Both the position numbers and the translations under genes were made by a program. Below, one piece after another: positions 1-10,196 of a stretch of DNA of 64,000 bases (position 1 is the stretch's first letter; each line of letters starts with the position of its first letter). A model generated the notes under the pieces. That model made no database searches. It had not been told where the DNA came from and worked only from the letters and a program-made list of their open reading frames with translations. This DNA is from a virus. Its lineage: Duplodnaviria; Caudoviricetes. The stretch covers positions 15,753 through 79,752 of the IMG/VR virus record IMGVR_UViG_3300027780_000006; one strand, written 5' to 3'.

Positions 1-1
1 A

Positions 2-145
2 ACAATGAATTTAGGTTACGCACTCACACGAAATATAGCGTCAGGTAAATATTATTATGATTTAGAATTATTTAATTCTAGTGCTAATAGTATTACTAGA
101 CTTATTCAAGGTGTAGCGAGAGTTACAGCAGAAGTTACAAGATAA
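2..145 (+). CDS. C-terminal fragment of a virion structural protein (5' truncated by window edge)
   Basis: Open frame from position 2 (..GKYYYDLELFNSSANSITRLIQGVARVTAEVTR*); stop TAA overlaps the next ATG (TAATG). The YxYDLE..TRLIQG..VT.EVTR pattern is common in aquatic phage structural proteins. Confidence 0.7.
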   Translation, partial: TMNLGYALTRNIASGKYYYDLELFNSSANSITRLIQGVARVTAEVTR

Positions 146-525
146 TGGCACTTACCGTCACGATTACCCCTCAAAATACAAGTTTAACTGCAACTGCAAA
201 CACAACGACATTAACGGTTTCTAGCGCGGTAGCAGCTAGTGCAACAGATGCAAGCTCACTCACATTTGATAATCCAGTAGGAACCTTAGTAGGGCAATCT
301 ACGATTGAAGGTGCACTCAATTACTTAGCGAATCAATTTTTCGTACAAACCTCATCTCCAGCTTCCAGTACAACAAACTTGGCAGAAGGGGATTTATTTT
401 ATGACACTGACGATAATCAGTTAAAGATCTATAGAGAAACGTCTACGGGCGTATATAGTTTTGTTCCTATAATGATAGGCAACGACTCAACCGACTCAGA
501 CACTATAGACGCAGGGGCTTTTTAG
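145..525 (+). CDS. Tail-associated structural protein
   Basis: 126 aa, Ser/Thr-rich; GDLFYDTDDNQLKIY motif typical of fibre knob segments; ends IDAGAF like the neighbouring LDGGTF. Confidence 0.65.
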   Translation: MALTVTITPQNTSLTATANTTTLTVSSAVAASATDASSLTFDNPVGTLVGQSTIEGALNYLANQFFVQTSSPASSTTNLAEGDLFYDTDDNQLKIYRETSTGVYSFVPIMIGNDSTDSDTIDAGAF

Positions 526-543
526 CTCATTTAGGACAGAAAC

Positions 544-2100
544 ATGGCACAAACCATTAAAATCAAAAGAAGTAGTAGTTCCGCCGCTCCATCTTCCCTC
601 GGTGCTGGTGAATTAGCGTATTCATCAAATTCCAAAAAACTATTTGTAGGGCATCCCTCTACATCGGCAGTAACAACAATAGGCGGGGACTTATACGTCC
701 AAATGCTCGACCATACAGCAGGTACGCTAACAGCAGCTTCAGCAATAGTAGTAGATAGTTCATCTAAAATAGATGTATTAAAATCAGGTAACATAGTAGT
801 TACTGGTTCTAGTAATACTATTAGTACTAGTTCAGGCAATCTTACTCTAGCTCCCACAGGTAATTTAGTTATTACTCATGGCGGAACTATAGATTTAACA
901 GGTCAAGCAAATTCACTAACTCTATTAGACAATAACGCAGCAGCTTTAGATATAAACGAAGGCGGAACTTCATATTTAAAATTTGTTACTACTAATGGAA
1001 GTGAATCAACAACTGTAGGATCAGCATTAACAGTATCAGGACTAACTTCAGCAGCAGCTGTCAATATGTCTGGAAACTTAGCTATCGCTACAAACAAATT
1101 CACAGTAAATGCTAGTTCAGGTGATACTGTAATAGCAGGCGACTTAAATGTCGTTGATGTAACAGCAAGTGGTGATTTAGAAGTCACAGGTGGCACTACT
1201 CTTAACGGAGCAGTAAATATTGGTGACGCATCAGGAGATGCAATCGCAATTGCCGGTACAGCAACATTTACACCATCAGTAGACTTTGATGGTGGCTTTA
1301 CAGTTGCAGGGTCACAAACAGTTGACTTTGGAGGAAATAGACTTGCTAACATTGGCACTCCTACCCAAGCAACAGATGCTACAACAAAAGCATATGTAGA
1401 CAGCGTAAAACAAGCACTAGACATTAAAGAATCAGTAAGGGTAGCTACAGAAGCAGCTATTACTGGAACTTATGATAATGGTACTGGTGGTGTAGGTGCT
1501 ACATTAACATACGACTCCAACGGAGCTATAACTGTTGATGGACAAGCACTATTAATTAATAATAGAGTACTTGTTAAAAATCAATCAACCGCTACACAAA
1601 ACGGTATTTACTATGTAAGTACAGTAGGTAATGCAGGTGCAGCAGCAGTACTAACAAGAGCACTAGATGCGGATTCAAGTGCAGATGTAACAGGTGGACT
1701 ATTTACTTTCGTAGAAGAAGGTTCAACTAATGCAGATGCAGGTTTTGTTTTATCAAATGTTACAGGATCAGCAACACTAGGTACAGATGGTCTTACCTTT
1801 ACACAGTTCTCAGGAGCTGGACAAGTAGTAGCCGGAATAGGTTTAGCCAAATCAGGTAATACTATTTCAGTAAATGTTGATGATACTTCTATAGAAATAA
1901 ATTCAGATACTTTACAAATTAAAGGGTTAGACAACGCAATAGTAGAAGGTCAATTAATTTATGGAGCGAACACAGGTGGTTCGTTTACAACATTAAATAT
2001 TGGTTCTTATGACTCAACAAATTCAGTAGGACAAATGTTACAAGTCGGAGCAAACGGAACTGTAGCATGGTCAAACACATTAGACGGTGGAACATTCTAA
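544..2100 (+). CDS. Tail fibre protein with Mtd-like N-terminus
   Basis: MAQTIKIKRSS..GELAY N-terminus (major tropism determinant N-terminal-like); DATTKAYVD and RVLVKNQSTATQNGIY fibre motifs. Confidence 0.8.
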   Translation: MAQTIKIKRSSSSAAPSSLGAGELAYSSNSKKLFVGHPSTSAVTTIGGDLYVQMLDHTAGTLTAASAIVVDSSSKIDVLKSGNIVVTGSSNTISTSSGNLTLAPTGNLVITHGGTIDLTGQANSLTLLDNNAAALDINEGGTSYLKFVTTNGSESTTVGSALTVSGLTSAAAVNMSGNLAIATNKFTVNASSGDTVIAGDLNVVDVTASGDLEVTGGTTLNGAVNIGDASGDAIAIAGTATFTPSVDFDGGFTVAGSQTVDFGGNRLANIGTPTQATDATTKAYVDSVKQALDIKESVRVATEAAITGTYDNGTGGVGATLTYDSNGAITVDGQALLINNRVLVKNQSTATQNGIYYVSTVGNAGAAAVLTRALDADSSADVTGGLFTFVEEGSTNADAGFVLSNVTGSATLGTDGLTFTQFSGAGQVVAGIGLAKSGNTISVNVDDTSIEINSDTLQIKGLDNAIVEGQLIYGANTGGSFTTLNIGSYDSTNSVGQMLQVGANGTVAWSNTLDGGTF

Positions 2101-2103
2101 GAA

Positions 2104-2304
2104 ATGTCTCACGTAATTAAAATTAAAAGGTCAGAAACAGGCGGTAGTATACCATCAGCAGGTGATTTAGAAACATATGAACTTGCTATGAATGTTTCTG
2201 ACAAAACAATTTACACAAAGAACAGCTCAGGTCAAATTGTTACTATGTCATCTGCCGGTATAACCGAAGCAGAAGCACTAGCACTGAGCATAGCATTAGG
2301 ATAA
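2104..2304 (+). CDS. Small Mtd-N-like tail fibre accessory protein
   Basis: MSHVIKIKRSETGGSIPSAGDLETYELAMN parallels the N-terminus of 544..2100; ends ALALSIALG. Confidence 0.65.
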   Translation: MSHVIKIKRSETGGSIPSAGDLETYELAMNVSDKTIYTKNSSGQIVTMSSAGITEAEALALSIALG

Positions 2305-2308
2305 GATT

Positions 2309-2641
2309 ATGGCATCAGCATTTAAATCAGCATCATCAGCTAGTGTAGGCACTTCATTAACAAGTGTTTATACCTGCCCTTCAAGTACAACATCAACGAT
2401 TATTGGGTGTTATATTTGTAATCAGAGTGGTGGACAAATTGAAGCAACAGTAGAGTTTTTTGACGCAAGTTCAAGTACTCACGTAGCTTTAATGCATAGC
2501 ACTCCAATACCAAGTAACTCCACACAAGTAGTTATAGGTGGAGATGCAAAAGTGGTTTTAGAGGCTGGGGATATAATCAAGGTACAGAGTAATGTAGCAA
2601 ATTCAATCGACTGCGTACTCTCATATTTGGAGCAAACATAA
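2309..2641 (+). CDS. Small beta-rich structural protein
   Basis: 110 aa; VYTCP..IIGCYICN..KVVLEAGDIIKVQS pattern; tightly packed in the tail operon. Confidence 0.65.
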   Translation: MASAFKSASSASVGTSLTSVYTCPSSTTSTIIGCYICNQSGGQIEATVEFFDASSSTHVALMHSTPIPSNSTQVVIGGDAKVVLEAGDIIKVQSNVANSIDCVLSYLEQT

Positions 2642-2642
2642 T

Positions 2643-5600
2643 ATGTCACTCATAGGAAAAAGTAATGCATTAGTCTCCTCACTTGAGGCGAATGCAGTAG
2701 GTACTACTGAAATAGTAAGTAATTCAATTACAGCAAGTGAAATAGCAGCTAACGCAGTAGGCTCATCAGAAATAGCACTTAACGCAGTAGATACTCTACA
2801 AATTGCAACTAACGCAGTTGGAGCAGCACAATTACAAGGAGCCGCAGTAACCGCAGTAGGAGATAATGCTATCAACGCAGCAGCAATAGCAGCTAACTCA
2901 GTAGATTCTTCAGAATTAGTAAGTGGTAGTATAGATAGTATACACATCGGCACAGGACAAATAATTACATCAAAGATCGCTAATAATAATGTAACTTCAG
3001 GACAACTAGCAAGTAATTCAGTAGTAGCAAGACACATAGCTGCTAATGCTATAGGAACAAGTGAAATAGCCTTAAACTCGGTAGATTCATCAGAATTAGT
3101 AAGTGGTAGTATAGACACTATACATGTCGCGAACTTACAAATAACATCAGACAAACTAGCAGCTAACTCAGTAGTAGCCGCAAAAATAGCGGAAAATGCA
3201 GTAGGTACTAGTGAACTTGCTAATAACTCTGTAACTGCTACACAGATTCCTTCAGGAACAATAGTAGCAGACCTACTAGCCGCAAACTCAGTAGATTCAT
3301 CAGAACTAGTTACAGGTAGTATTGATACAATACATCTTGGAGACTTACAAGTAACATCTGGTAAAATAGCCGCTGGTGCAATAATAACTACAAAATTAGG
3401 AGCTAACCAAGTAACAGCAGCTAAGATAGCATCAGGAATTATTACTTCAGCCCATATAACAGACGGCACTATAGTGTCTGGAGATATAGCCGATAATACT
3501 ATAGCAACAGGTAAGATAGCGGATAACGCAGTAGATGGAAGTAAGATTGCTTCTAATAGTATTTTAACAAGACACATAGACGATGCACAGATTACAGCAG
3601 ATCAACTTGCTGCAAACTCTGTAGATACAGCAGAACTAGTAAGTGGCTCAATAGACGCCATACACCTAGCTTCTGATTCAGTTATAACAGCAAAAATACT
3701 AGACGCTAACGTAACAACAGCGAAGATAGCAGATAACGCAGTTACTGCCGCTAAGATTGCTGATGGAAGTATCACTAGCACTCAATTAGGTGCAAACTCA
3801 GTAGATACTGCAGAACTAGTATCAGGCTCAATAGACACAATACATATTGCAGACGACCAAGTAACAAATGCAAAACTTGCAGTAAATTCAGTCTCCGCAG
3901 TAGAACTAGCTGGAAATGCAGTAACAGCTACACAGATAGCAGCAAACGCTGTATCGGTAGCAGAACTTAAATCAGACGCATTAAGCGGACAGACAATGTC
4001 AGGTAATGTTACTTTCTCAGGAAACGTGACAGTATCAGGAACTTCATTCGCAGCTTCAGCTACAACAATTACAACTGGAGACTCTCTTATCTCAATGGCA
4101 ACTGGCAACGGAAGTTCAGATGCAGTTGATATAGGTTTCTATGGATTATACGATACTGGTGGTACAGACAAATATTCAGGTATATTCAGAAACGCAGATG
4201 ATTCTGGTAAATGGCAGATATTTAAAGACTTACAAGTACAACCAACTACAACTGTAAATACTTCAGGAACAGGATATGCAAAAGGTACGCTAGTAGCAGA
4301 TTTAGAAGGAAACGTAACAGGTAACTTAACAGGAACAGCTTCTGCAATAGCAGACAATTCAGTTACTTCAGCAAAAATTGCAAACGGTACCATAGTTGGT
4401 GTAGATATTGCAGCTGATGCAATAAACGGAACAAAAATTGCTGATGACTCTATAGATTCAGAACATTACGTAGATGGTAGTATAGATAATGCTCATATTG
4501 CAGACTTACAAGTAACAAACGCAAAAATAGCAAATAACACTATACAGACAGGTAAGATAGCAGATAACGCTGTAGATGGTACGAAGATTGCTCAAAATAG
4601 TATTTTAACAAGACATATCGATGACGCACAAATAGTACTAAGTCATCTAGCAGCTAACTCCGTAGACTCTTCAAAAATTGTCAATGGAACAATCGTAAAT
4701 GCAGATTTAGCAGATAACTCAATTACTTCGGCGAAGATTGTAAATGGTACTATAGTGTCCGGAGATATAGCAGCAAATACTATAGCAACAGGAAACATAG
4801 CAGACAACGCAGTAGACGGTACAAAAATAGCAACAGACAGTATAGTAGCAAGACATATAGCAGCTGGTGCAGTAGGCGCTTCAGAACTAGCATCAAACTC
4901 AGTAGATTCAGCAGAATTAGTGAGTGGTAGTATTGACACTATACATATTGCAGACGACCAAATAACAGCAGCTAAGATAGCAGATAATGCAATTAATAAT
5001 GTAGGTATGGTATCATCAGGATTAATTACCGCAGACTTATTAGCATCAAACTCAGTAGATTCAGCAGAACTAGTTACAGGTAGTATTGACACTATACATA
5101 TTGGAGCATCACAAGTAACAACAGCAAAGATTGCCAATGCTAATGTAACAAATGCAAAACTAGGAGATAACTCTGTAACAGCAGCTAAAATAGCCGCTAA
5201 CGCTGTCGGGTCAAGTGAGATTGCAAATAACTCTATAACAACTACACAATTATCAAGTGCAGCACTTGATGGTAAAAGCATGACCGGGAATATGGGGTTC
5301 GCTGGAGCTAATATCGGTCTTGGTAATGGCACTAGTGCTATAATTGAGGTAAAAGGTAAGTTAGGTATTCAAGATGCAAACCCAGTTCAAAAACTTCACA
5401 TAGACGAAGTAGCTGGTATGGATGTTGGTACAGGAGCTTCAACATCAACAACAGTATTTTCATTAGATACTTTTGCAGCAGCAACATTTAGAACTGCTAA
5501 GTACTTAGTACAGATAACAAATTCAACAGACGGTGATTACCAAGCGTTAGAAATAGCATTATTTCATGATGGTACCACAGTTTATTTAACACAGTACGCA

Positions 5601-5732
5601 TCTATATTTGACAACGGAGCACAAGCGACGTTTGATGCAGATATAAATACAGGTAATGTAAGATTAAGAGTAACTCCAGCAAGTGGAGATACTATGGCGT
5701 ATAAATTTATACGAACAACAATAGAGGTATAA
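2643..5732 (+). CDS. Long repetitive tail fibre protein
   Basis: 1029 aa of ~5-residue periodic repeats (IAANAV, SVDSSELVSGSIDTIHI, KIADNAVDGTKI), an internal non-repetitive segment, and a C-terminal beta domain (YLVQITNSTDGDYQALEI..NVRLRVTP). Confidence 0.8.
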   Translation: MSLIGKSNALVSSLEANAVGTTEIVSNSITASEIAANAVGSSEIALNAVDTLQIATNAVGAAQLQGAAVTAVGDNAINAAAIAANSVDSSELVSGSIDSIHIGTGQIITSKIANNNVTSGQLASNSVVARHIAANAIGTSEIALNSVDSSELVSGSIDTIHVANLQITSDKLAANSVVAAKIAENAVGTSELANNSVTATQIPSGTIVADLLAANSVDSSELVTGSIDTIHLGDLQVTSGKIAAGAIITTKLGANQVTAAKIASGIITSAHITDGTIVSGDIADNTIATGKIADNAVDGSKIASNSILTRHIDDAQITADQLAANSVDTAELVSGSIDAIHLASDSVITAKILDANVTTAKIADNAVTAAKIADGSITSTQLGANSVDTAELVSGSIDTIHIADDQVTNAKLAVNSVSAVELAGNAVTATQIAANAVSVAELKSDALSGQTMSGNVTFSGNVTVSGTSFAASATTITTGDSLISMATGNGSSDAVDIGFYGLYDTGGTDKYSGIFRNADDSGKWQIFKDLQVQPTTTVNTSGTGYAKGTLVADLEGNVTGNLTGTASAIADNSVTSAKIANGTIVGVDIAADAINGTKIADDSIDSEHYVDGSIDNAHIADLQVTNAKIANNTIQTGKIADNAVDGTKIAQNSILTRHIDDAQIVLSHLAANSVDSSKIVNGTIVNADLADNSITSAKIVNGTIVSGDIAANTIATGNIADNAVDGTKIATDSIVARHIAAGAVGASELASNSVDSAELVSGSIDTIHIADDQITAAKIADNAINNVGMVSSGLITADLLASNSVDSAELVTGSIDTIHIGASQVTTAKIANANVTNAKLGDNSVTAAKIAANAVGSSEIANNSITTTQLSSAALDGKSMTGNMGFAGANIGLGNGTSAIIEVKGKLGIQDANPVQKLHIDEVAGMDVGTGASTSTTVFSLDTFAAATFRTAKYLVQITNSTDGDYQALEIALFHDGTTVYLTQYASIFDNGAQATFDADINTGNVRLRVTPASGDTMAYKFIRTTIEV

Positions 5733-5733
5733 A

Positions 5734-5955
5734 ATGGGACAAAAATTAGATTTTAACATTGAAGACGCTGGAATAAAAATTGATGGTGTACAAGCCGTTG
5801 ATTCCAGTGGAGGCTTCCAAGGTGCAAGTATGGCAGCAACAAAACTTACAGGAACAATAGCATCAGCTAGGCTTCCTCATACAATCACTACTAGTGCACC
5901 ATCTGGCGTCGGCTCGACAGCAACTGGTCACATATGGTTTGTTTATTCGAGTTAA
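5734..5955 (+). CDS. Small tail fibre-associated protein
   Basis: 73 aa; GTIASARLP and TTSAPSG..GHIWFVY fibre-type motifs. Confidence 0.6.
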   Translation: MGQKLDFNIEDAGIKIDGVQAVDSSGGFQGASMAATKLTGTIASARLPHTITTSAPSGVGSTATGHIWFVYSS

Positions 5956-5958
5956 AAA

Positions 5959-8900
5959 ATGGCAATATATGTAAACGATTCTGGTACATTACGACAAGTT
6001 AAGTTCCTCGCTGTAAATGATGGTGGGGTAGTTCGTCGTGTCAATGAAGTTTATGTAAATGATAATGGTTCTTTAGCCGGACCTTTTACAGCAACTCATG
6101 AGACTAGTAGGAATACAGCTACAACAACAAGTACAATTTCAGGAGTACAAAATACTGTATTTAATACAAATACTGTTTTTGATACAGACTACAATACTAC
6201 TACCACATTTGATACGTCTAAAGTTACAACTTTCAATACCACACTAGCAACTGCTACAGGCGCAACAACCACATTTGATACAACTACAACGTTCAATACT
6301 ACGGTATCAACAACAACTGCGTATAATACTACAACAGCTTTTACTACAACGACTACCTTTACAACAACTCAAGGTACAACGACTGCGTTTACAACTACTA
6401 CAGCATTTAATACAACTACAACGTTTAATACTACATTAGCAACAACAACAGCTTTTACTACTACTACAACGTTTGATACTACATTAGCAACAACAACTGC
6501 GTTTACTACTACAACTGCGTTTACTACAACTACTACCTTTACAACAACTCAAGGTACGACAACTGCGTTTACTACTACAACTGCGTTTACTACAACTACA
6601 ACGTTCAACACTACATTAGCAACAACAACTGCGTTTAGTACAACTACTACATTCATTACTAACAAAAATACGATTACTTCGTGGAATACCACAACAGCGT
6701 ATACTACAGCATATGATACTGTAATTGGTACAAGTAGGACAACTTCATTTGCTACTATTACATCTTATATAGATAATACATCTTTCGGAACAAGTAAAAG
6801 TACAAATACTACACAATCCACCTCTACCTCTAGAAGTACAAATACTGCTCAAGGCACAAACACAGTTACAACCTTTGCAACTATTACAGCTTATATAGAT
6901 AACACTACATTTGCTACTATTACTACCTTTGCTAATAATACATCATTTGCGACTATCAGTACATATAATACTACTAGAACCAGTAATACCGCTAGAAATA
7001 CTAATACAGTTACAGCTTATATTAATAATACTTCATTTGCTACTATTACTACTTATACTACTACACAGGGTACAGCTACTTCTAGAAGTACTAATACGGC
7101 TCAAAATACAAATACAAGTAATAACACAAATACTTCTACGGCTTATATAGCAGTTACAACCTTTGCTACTATTACAGCTTATAGTACTACACAAGGTACA
7201 AATACAAGTAATAGCACAAATACTTCTACGGCTTATATAGCAGGTACTAATACTTCTAGAGGTACAAATACAAGTAATAACACAAATACAGCTACAGCAT
7301 ATATAGCAAGTACTTCATTTGCTACGATTACTAGTTACACTACTTCGCAGGGTACAAATACAAGTAATAACACAAATACAGCTACAGCATATATAGCAGG
7401 TACAGCTACTTCTAGAAATACAAATACTGCAAGGTCTACTGGGTTTACTAACTCAACTGGTTTTACAAACTCCACAAATTCGACATGGGTGCATAATACA
7501 AATACAACAGGAGCTACAAATACTTCGAGAATTACTACATATAATACTGATTATATAGTAAGTTTTGATCCAGAAGCCGGTACAAACTTTGATGACAGAA
7601 GTACTAGCCGTAGTACAGCGTTTACTAACAATACAAACTTCTTAAACAGTACTAGTGGTATATATGGAGTAAATACAAGTACTTCTAGAAATACAAATAC
7701 TTCTCGTAATACTGCATTTACTAACTCAACTGGTTTTACTAACAATACAAATACAAGTAATAACACAAATACTTCTACAGCGTATATTAATAATACAGCT
7801 TTCGGAACAAGTAGAAGTACTAATACGGCTCAAAATACAAATACAAGTAATAATACAAATACTGTTACAGCGTATATTAATAACACAGCTTTTACTAACA
7901 ATACAAATACCGCTAATAATACAGCTACTATTACAGCTTATATTAATAACACATCATTTGGAACAAGTAGAAGTACTAATACGGCTCAAAATACAAATAC
8001 AAGTAATAACACAAATACTTCTACGGCTTATATAGCAAGTACTTCATTTGCTACTATTACAGCTTATATTAATAACACATCATTTGGAACAAGTAGAAGT
8101 ACTAATACTTCACAGGGTACAGCTACAAGTAATAACACAAATACTTCTACGGCTTATATAGATAATACAGCTTTTGCAACAACTATAAGTACTAATACTA
8201 CTCAAAGCACTGCGACATCAGCAACTACTAATACTACTCAAGCCACTAATACTGCTAGAAGTACAAATACAGCACAAACTACGACTACAACTACTACCTT
8301 TGCAACTATAACGGCTTATATAGATAATACTACATTTGCTACTATTAGTTCTTATACTACTACACAAGCTACGAGTACTGCTAGAAGTACAAATACTTCA
8401 CAAGCCACAGCATATGAAACAGCGTATATTACATCTAGAGCATCTTCAAGATCTACAGGAACTTCACAAGCAACTCTAACTACATATAATACTGCTAGAG
8501 CTACAGCTTCAAGTAGAAGCACAACAACAACTTTTGCAACAACTCAAGGTACTGTAACAACAAGAGCAACGGCTTCAAGTAGAACAACAACAACAGCTTT
8601 TGATACTGATAGAGCTACAGCTTCAAGTAGAAATACAGCGTCAAGTAGAAGTACAACGACAACTTTTAATACTACTCTAGCTACAGCGTCAAGTAGAAGT
8701 ACAACGACAACTTTTGCAACAACTCAAGGTACTGTAACAACAAGAGCTACAGCATCAAGTAGAACAACAACAACAGCTTTTGATACTGATAGAGCTACAG
8801 CTTCAAGTAGAAGTACAGCTTCAAGTAGAAGTACAGTAAGTACTTTTAATACAACAAGAGCAACAGCAACATCGAATGTAACTGGATTTAATACTGTTAC

Positions 8901-9150
8901 AACTTTTGATACGACTAAGACAACAACTTTTGCTACAGGTAGAACAACAACAACAACAATTGCAACTACATTAGCAACAGAAACAAACAAAACAACTGAT
9001 CACTTAACAACAACAACTTTTGATACTTCAACAACAGTATTTGAAAGAATAACCGCCGCCCAAGCAGGAACCATATTTGACACAGAGGTTGCTAGTATAG
9101 CAGACTTTGGACTATCTTATTGGGATGGCTCAGACTGGAGCGAAACCTAA
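5959..9150 (+). CDS. Thr/Asn-rich low-complexity fibre protein (mirror-symmetric)
   Basis: 1063-aa ORF with adaptor-like N-terminus (MAIYVNDSGTLRQVK..VYVNDNG) and ~6-aa Thr-rich units. Last fibre gene of the late operon, where T5 has its L-shaped fibre gene. Confidence 0.8.
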   Translation: MAIYVNDSGTLRQVKFLAVNDGGVVRRVNEVYVNDNGSLAGPFTATHETSRNTATTTSTISGVQNTVFNTNTVFDTDYNTTTTFDTSKVTTFNTTLATATGATTTFDTTTTFNTTVSTTTAYNTTTAFTTTTTFTTTQGTTTAFTTTTAFNTTTTFNTTLATTTAFTTTTTFDTTLATTTAFTTTTAFTTTTTFTTTQGTTTAFTTTTAFTTTTTFNTTLATTTAFSTTTTFITNKNTITSWNTTTAYTTAYDTVIGTSRTTSFATITSYIDNTSFGTSKSTNTTQSTSTSRSTNTAQGTNTVTTFATITAYIDNTTFATITTFANNTSFATISTYNTTRTSNTARNTNTVTAYINNTSFATITTYTTTQGTATSRSTNTAQNTNTSNNTNTSTAYIAVTTFATITAYSTTQGTNTSNSTNTSTAYIAGTNTSRGTNTSNNTNTATAYIASTSFATITSYTTSQGTNTSNNTNTATAYIAGTATSRNTNTARSTGFTNSTGFTNSTNSTWVHNTNTTGATNTSRITTYNTDYIVSFDPEAGTNFDDRSTSRSTAFTNNTNFLNSTSGIYGVNTSTSRNTNTSRNTAFTNSTGFTNNTNTSNNTNTSTAYINNTAFGTSRSTNTAQNTNTSNNTNTVTAYINNTAFTNNTNTANNTATITAYINNTSFGTSRSTNTAQNTNTSNNTNTSTAYIASTSFATITAYINNTSFGTSRSTNTSQGTATSNNTNTSTAYIDNTAFATTISTNTTQSTATSATTNTTQATNTARSTNTAQTTTTTTTFATITAYIDNTTFATISSYTTTQATSTARSTNTSQATAYETAYITSRASSRSTGTSQATLTTYNTARATASSRSTTTTFATTQGTVTTRATASSRTTTTAFDTDRATASSRNTASSRSTTTTFNTTLATASSRSTTTTFATTQGTVTTRATASSRTTTTAFDTDRATASSRSTASSRSTVSTFNTTRATATSNVTGFNTVTTFDTTKTTTFATGRTTTTTIATTLATETNKTTDHLTTTTFDTSTTVFERITAAQAGTIFDTEVASIADFGLSYWDGSDWSET

Positions 9151-9151
9151 T

Positions 9152-9316
9152 ATGATAAAGAATAAAGCAGAAGATATTACACCAGATTATCTTAATAAAA
9201 AACTGGAATCAATGATGGCGGCTGTGTTCGATGTCATTGGTGAATCTGAAGAAAGAATGAAAAACTTAGAAAAACAACTTTTCGAGCTAAAGAATGCAAA
9301 ACAGAACAACAGTTAA
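9152..9316 (+). CDS. Small coiled-coil protein (possible fibre chaperone)
   Basis: Start moved to the ATG at 9152, just after the fibre stop codon; heptad-like EERMKNLEKQLFELK. Confidence 0.5.
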   Translation: MIKNKAEDITPDYLNKKLESMMAAVFDVIGESEERMKNLEKQLFELKNAKQNNS

Positions 9317-10196
9317 ACCTAAAAATCCGTTAAAAGCTATGACAATAAATGAGTCTTTGGGAGATGTCGCAACTCATTTTATGAAATCAGGTTCTTGTTT
9401 TAGACCAAAAGGTGATTTAGACAGCTTATCAATACTAAAAGAAAGATTAGTATTTGATAAAACTGAGGGGCTTGATTGGGAGTATGACCTTTGGTTTAAC
9501 ACCAATGAGTTACATAGTATTCGTAAATGGTTGTACACAGATTTTTTAGGAAAAGGAGTAGCTTGTAGAGTTAACTCTATAAAGATTAATACAAAATTAT
9601 ATAAAGCGATTATTGATTCAGATGTAAAGATTGATGAAGAAAGAATCGAAAAAATAAAAAATAATCTACAAAACAAGTATACTTTAAGATGGAATACAGA
9701 ATTTTATGATAAAGTTATTTTCTTACCAGGAAGTAATTTATTATGTAAAGGAACAGTAATAGATTACAGACGAGTACAGAAACTAGTAGATGAGGGGTAT
9801 GTAATAAAGCCTCATCCAATTACTGCTCATATTTATATAGCGGATTTAAGAAGACGATTTGGTACAGAAAAAGTACTAGACAAAAAAGAAGGTGGCTACG
9901 AATTATTATTAAATAGTAAAGAAGTAGCAGCAGCACCTAATAGCGAGATGGGATTAATAGCAATCCTTCTTCGCAAAAAACTTTCTCTTGTTAGCTACCC
10001 TAAAGTAGACCGAGAGAAAAACTTATTAACTTATGAGAGTTTCTATGATACAATATCAGGAAGTAACTCATACCTTGCACTTTGTAAGATATTTTCAGCA
10101 AAAAACTCTGGAATAATCTTTGAATTTGACGAAGATGCGGAAGATAGACTACAAGCGTATGTCAATAACTTTTGGGAATATAAAAAAATAAAATGA
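9294..10196 (+). CDS. KpsS/KpsC-like (GT-B) glycosyltransferase-like protein
   Basis: IKPHP and NSEMGLIAILLRKKL match the KxHP and NStvGlEAll.gK motifs of capsule-biosynthesis KpsC/KpsS proteins. Confidence 0.55.
   Translation: MQNRTTVKPKNPLKAMTINESLGDVATHFMKSGSCFRPKGDLDSLSILKERLVFDKTEGLDWEYDLWFNTNELHSIRKWLYTDFLGKGVACRVNSIKINTKLYKAIIDSDVKIDEERIEKIKNNLQNKYTLRWNTEFYDKVIFLPGSNLLCKGTVIDYRRVQKLVDEGYVIKPHPITAHIYIADLRRRFGTEKVLDKKEGGYELLLNSKEVAAAPNSEMGLIAILLRKKLSLVSYPKVDREKNLLTYESFYDTISGSNSYLALCKIFSAKNSGIIFEFDEDAEDRLQAYVNNFWEYKKIK

Noticed and set aside
531-8990. Long minus-strand ORFs overlapping the tail genes (e.g. 2621..3577, 4643..5332)
   Set aside because: Antisense shadows of repetitive + strand fibre genes.
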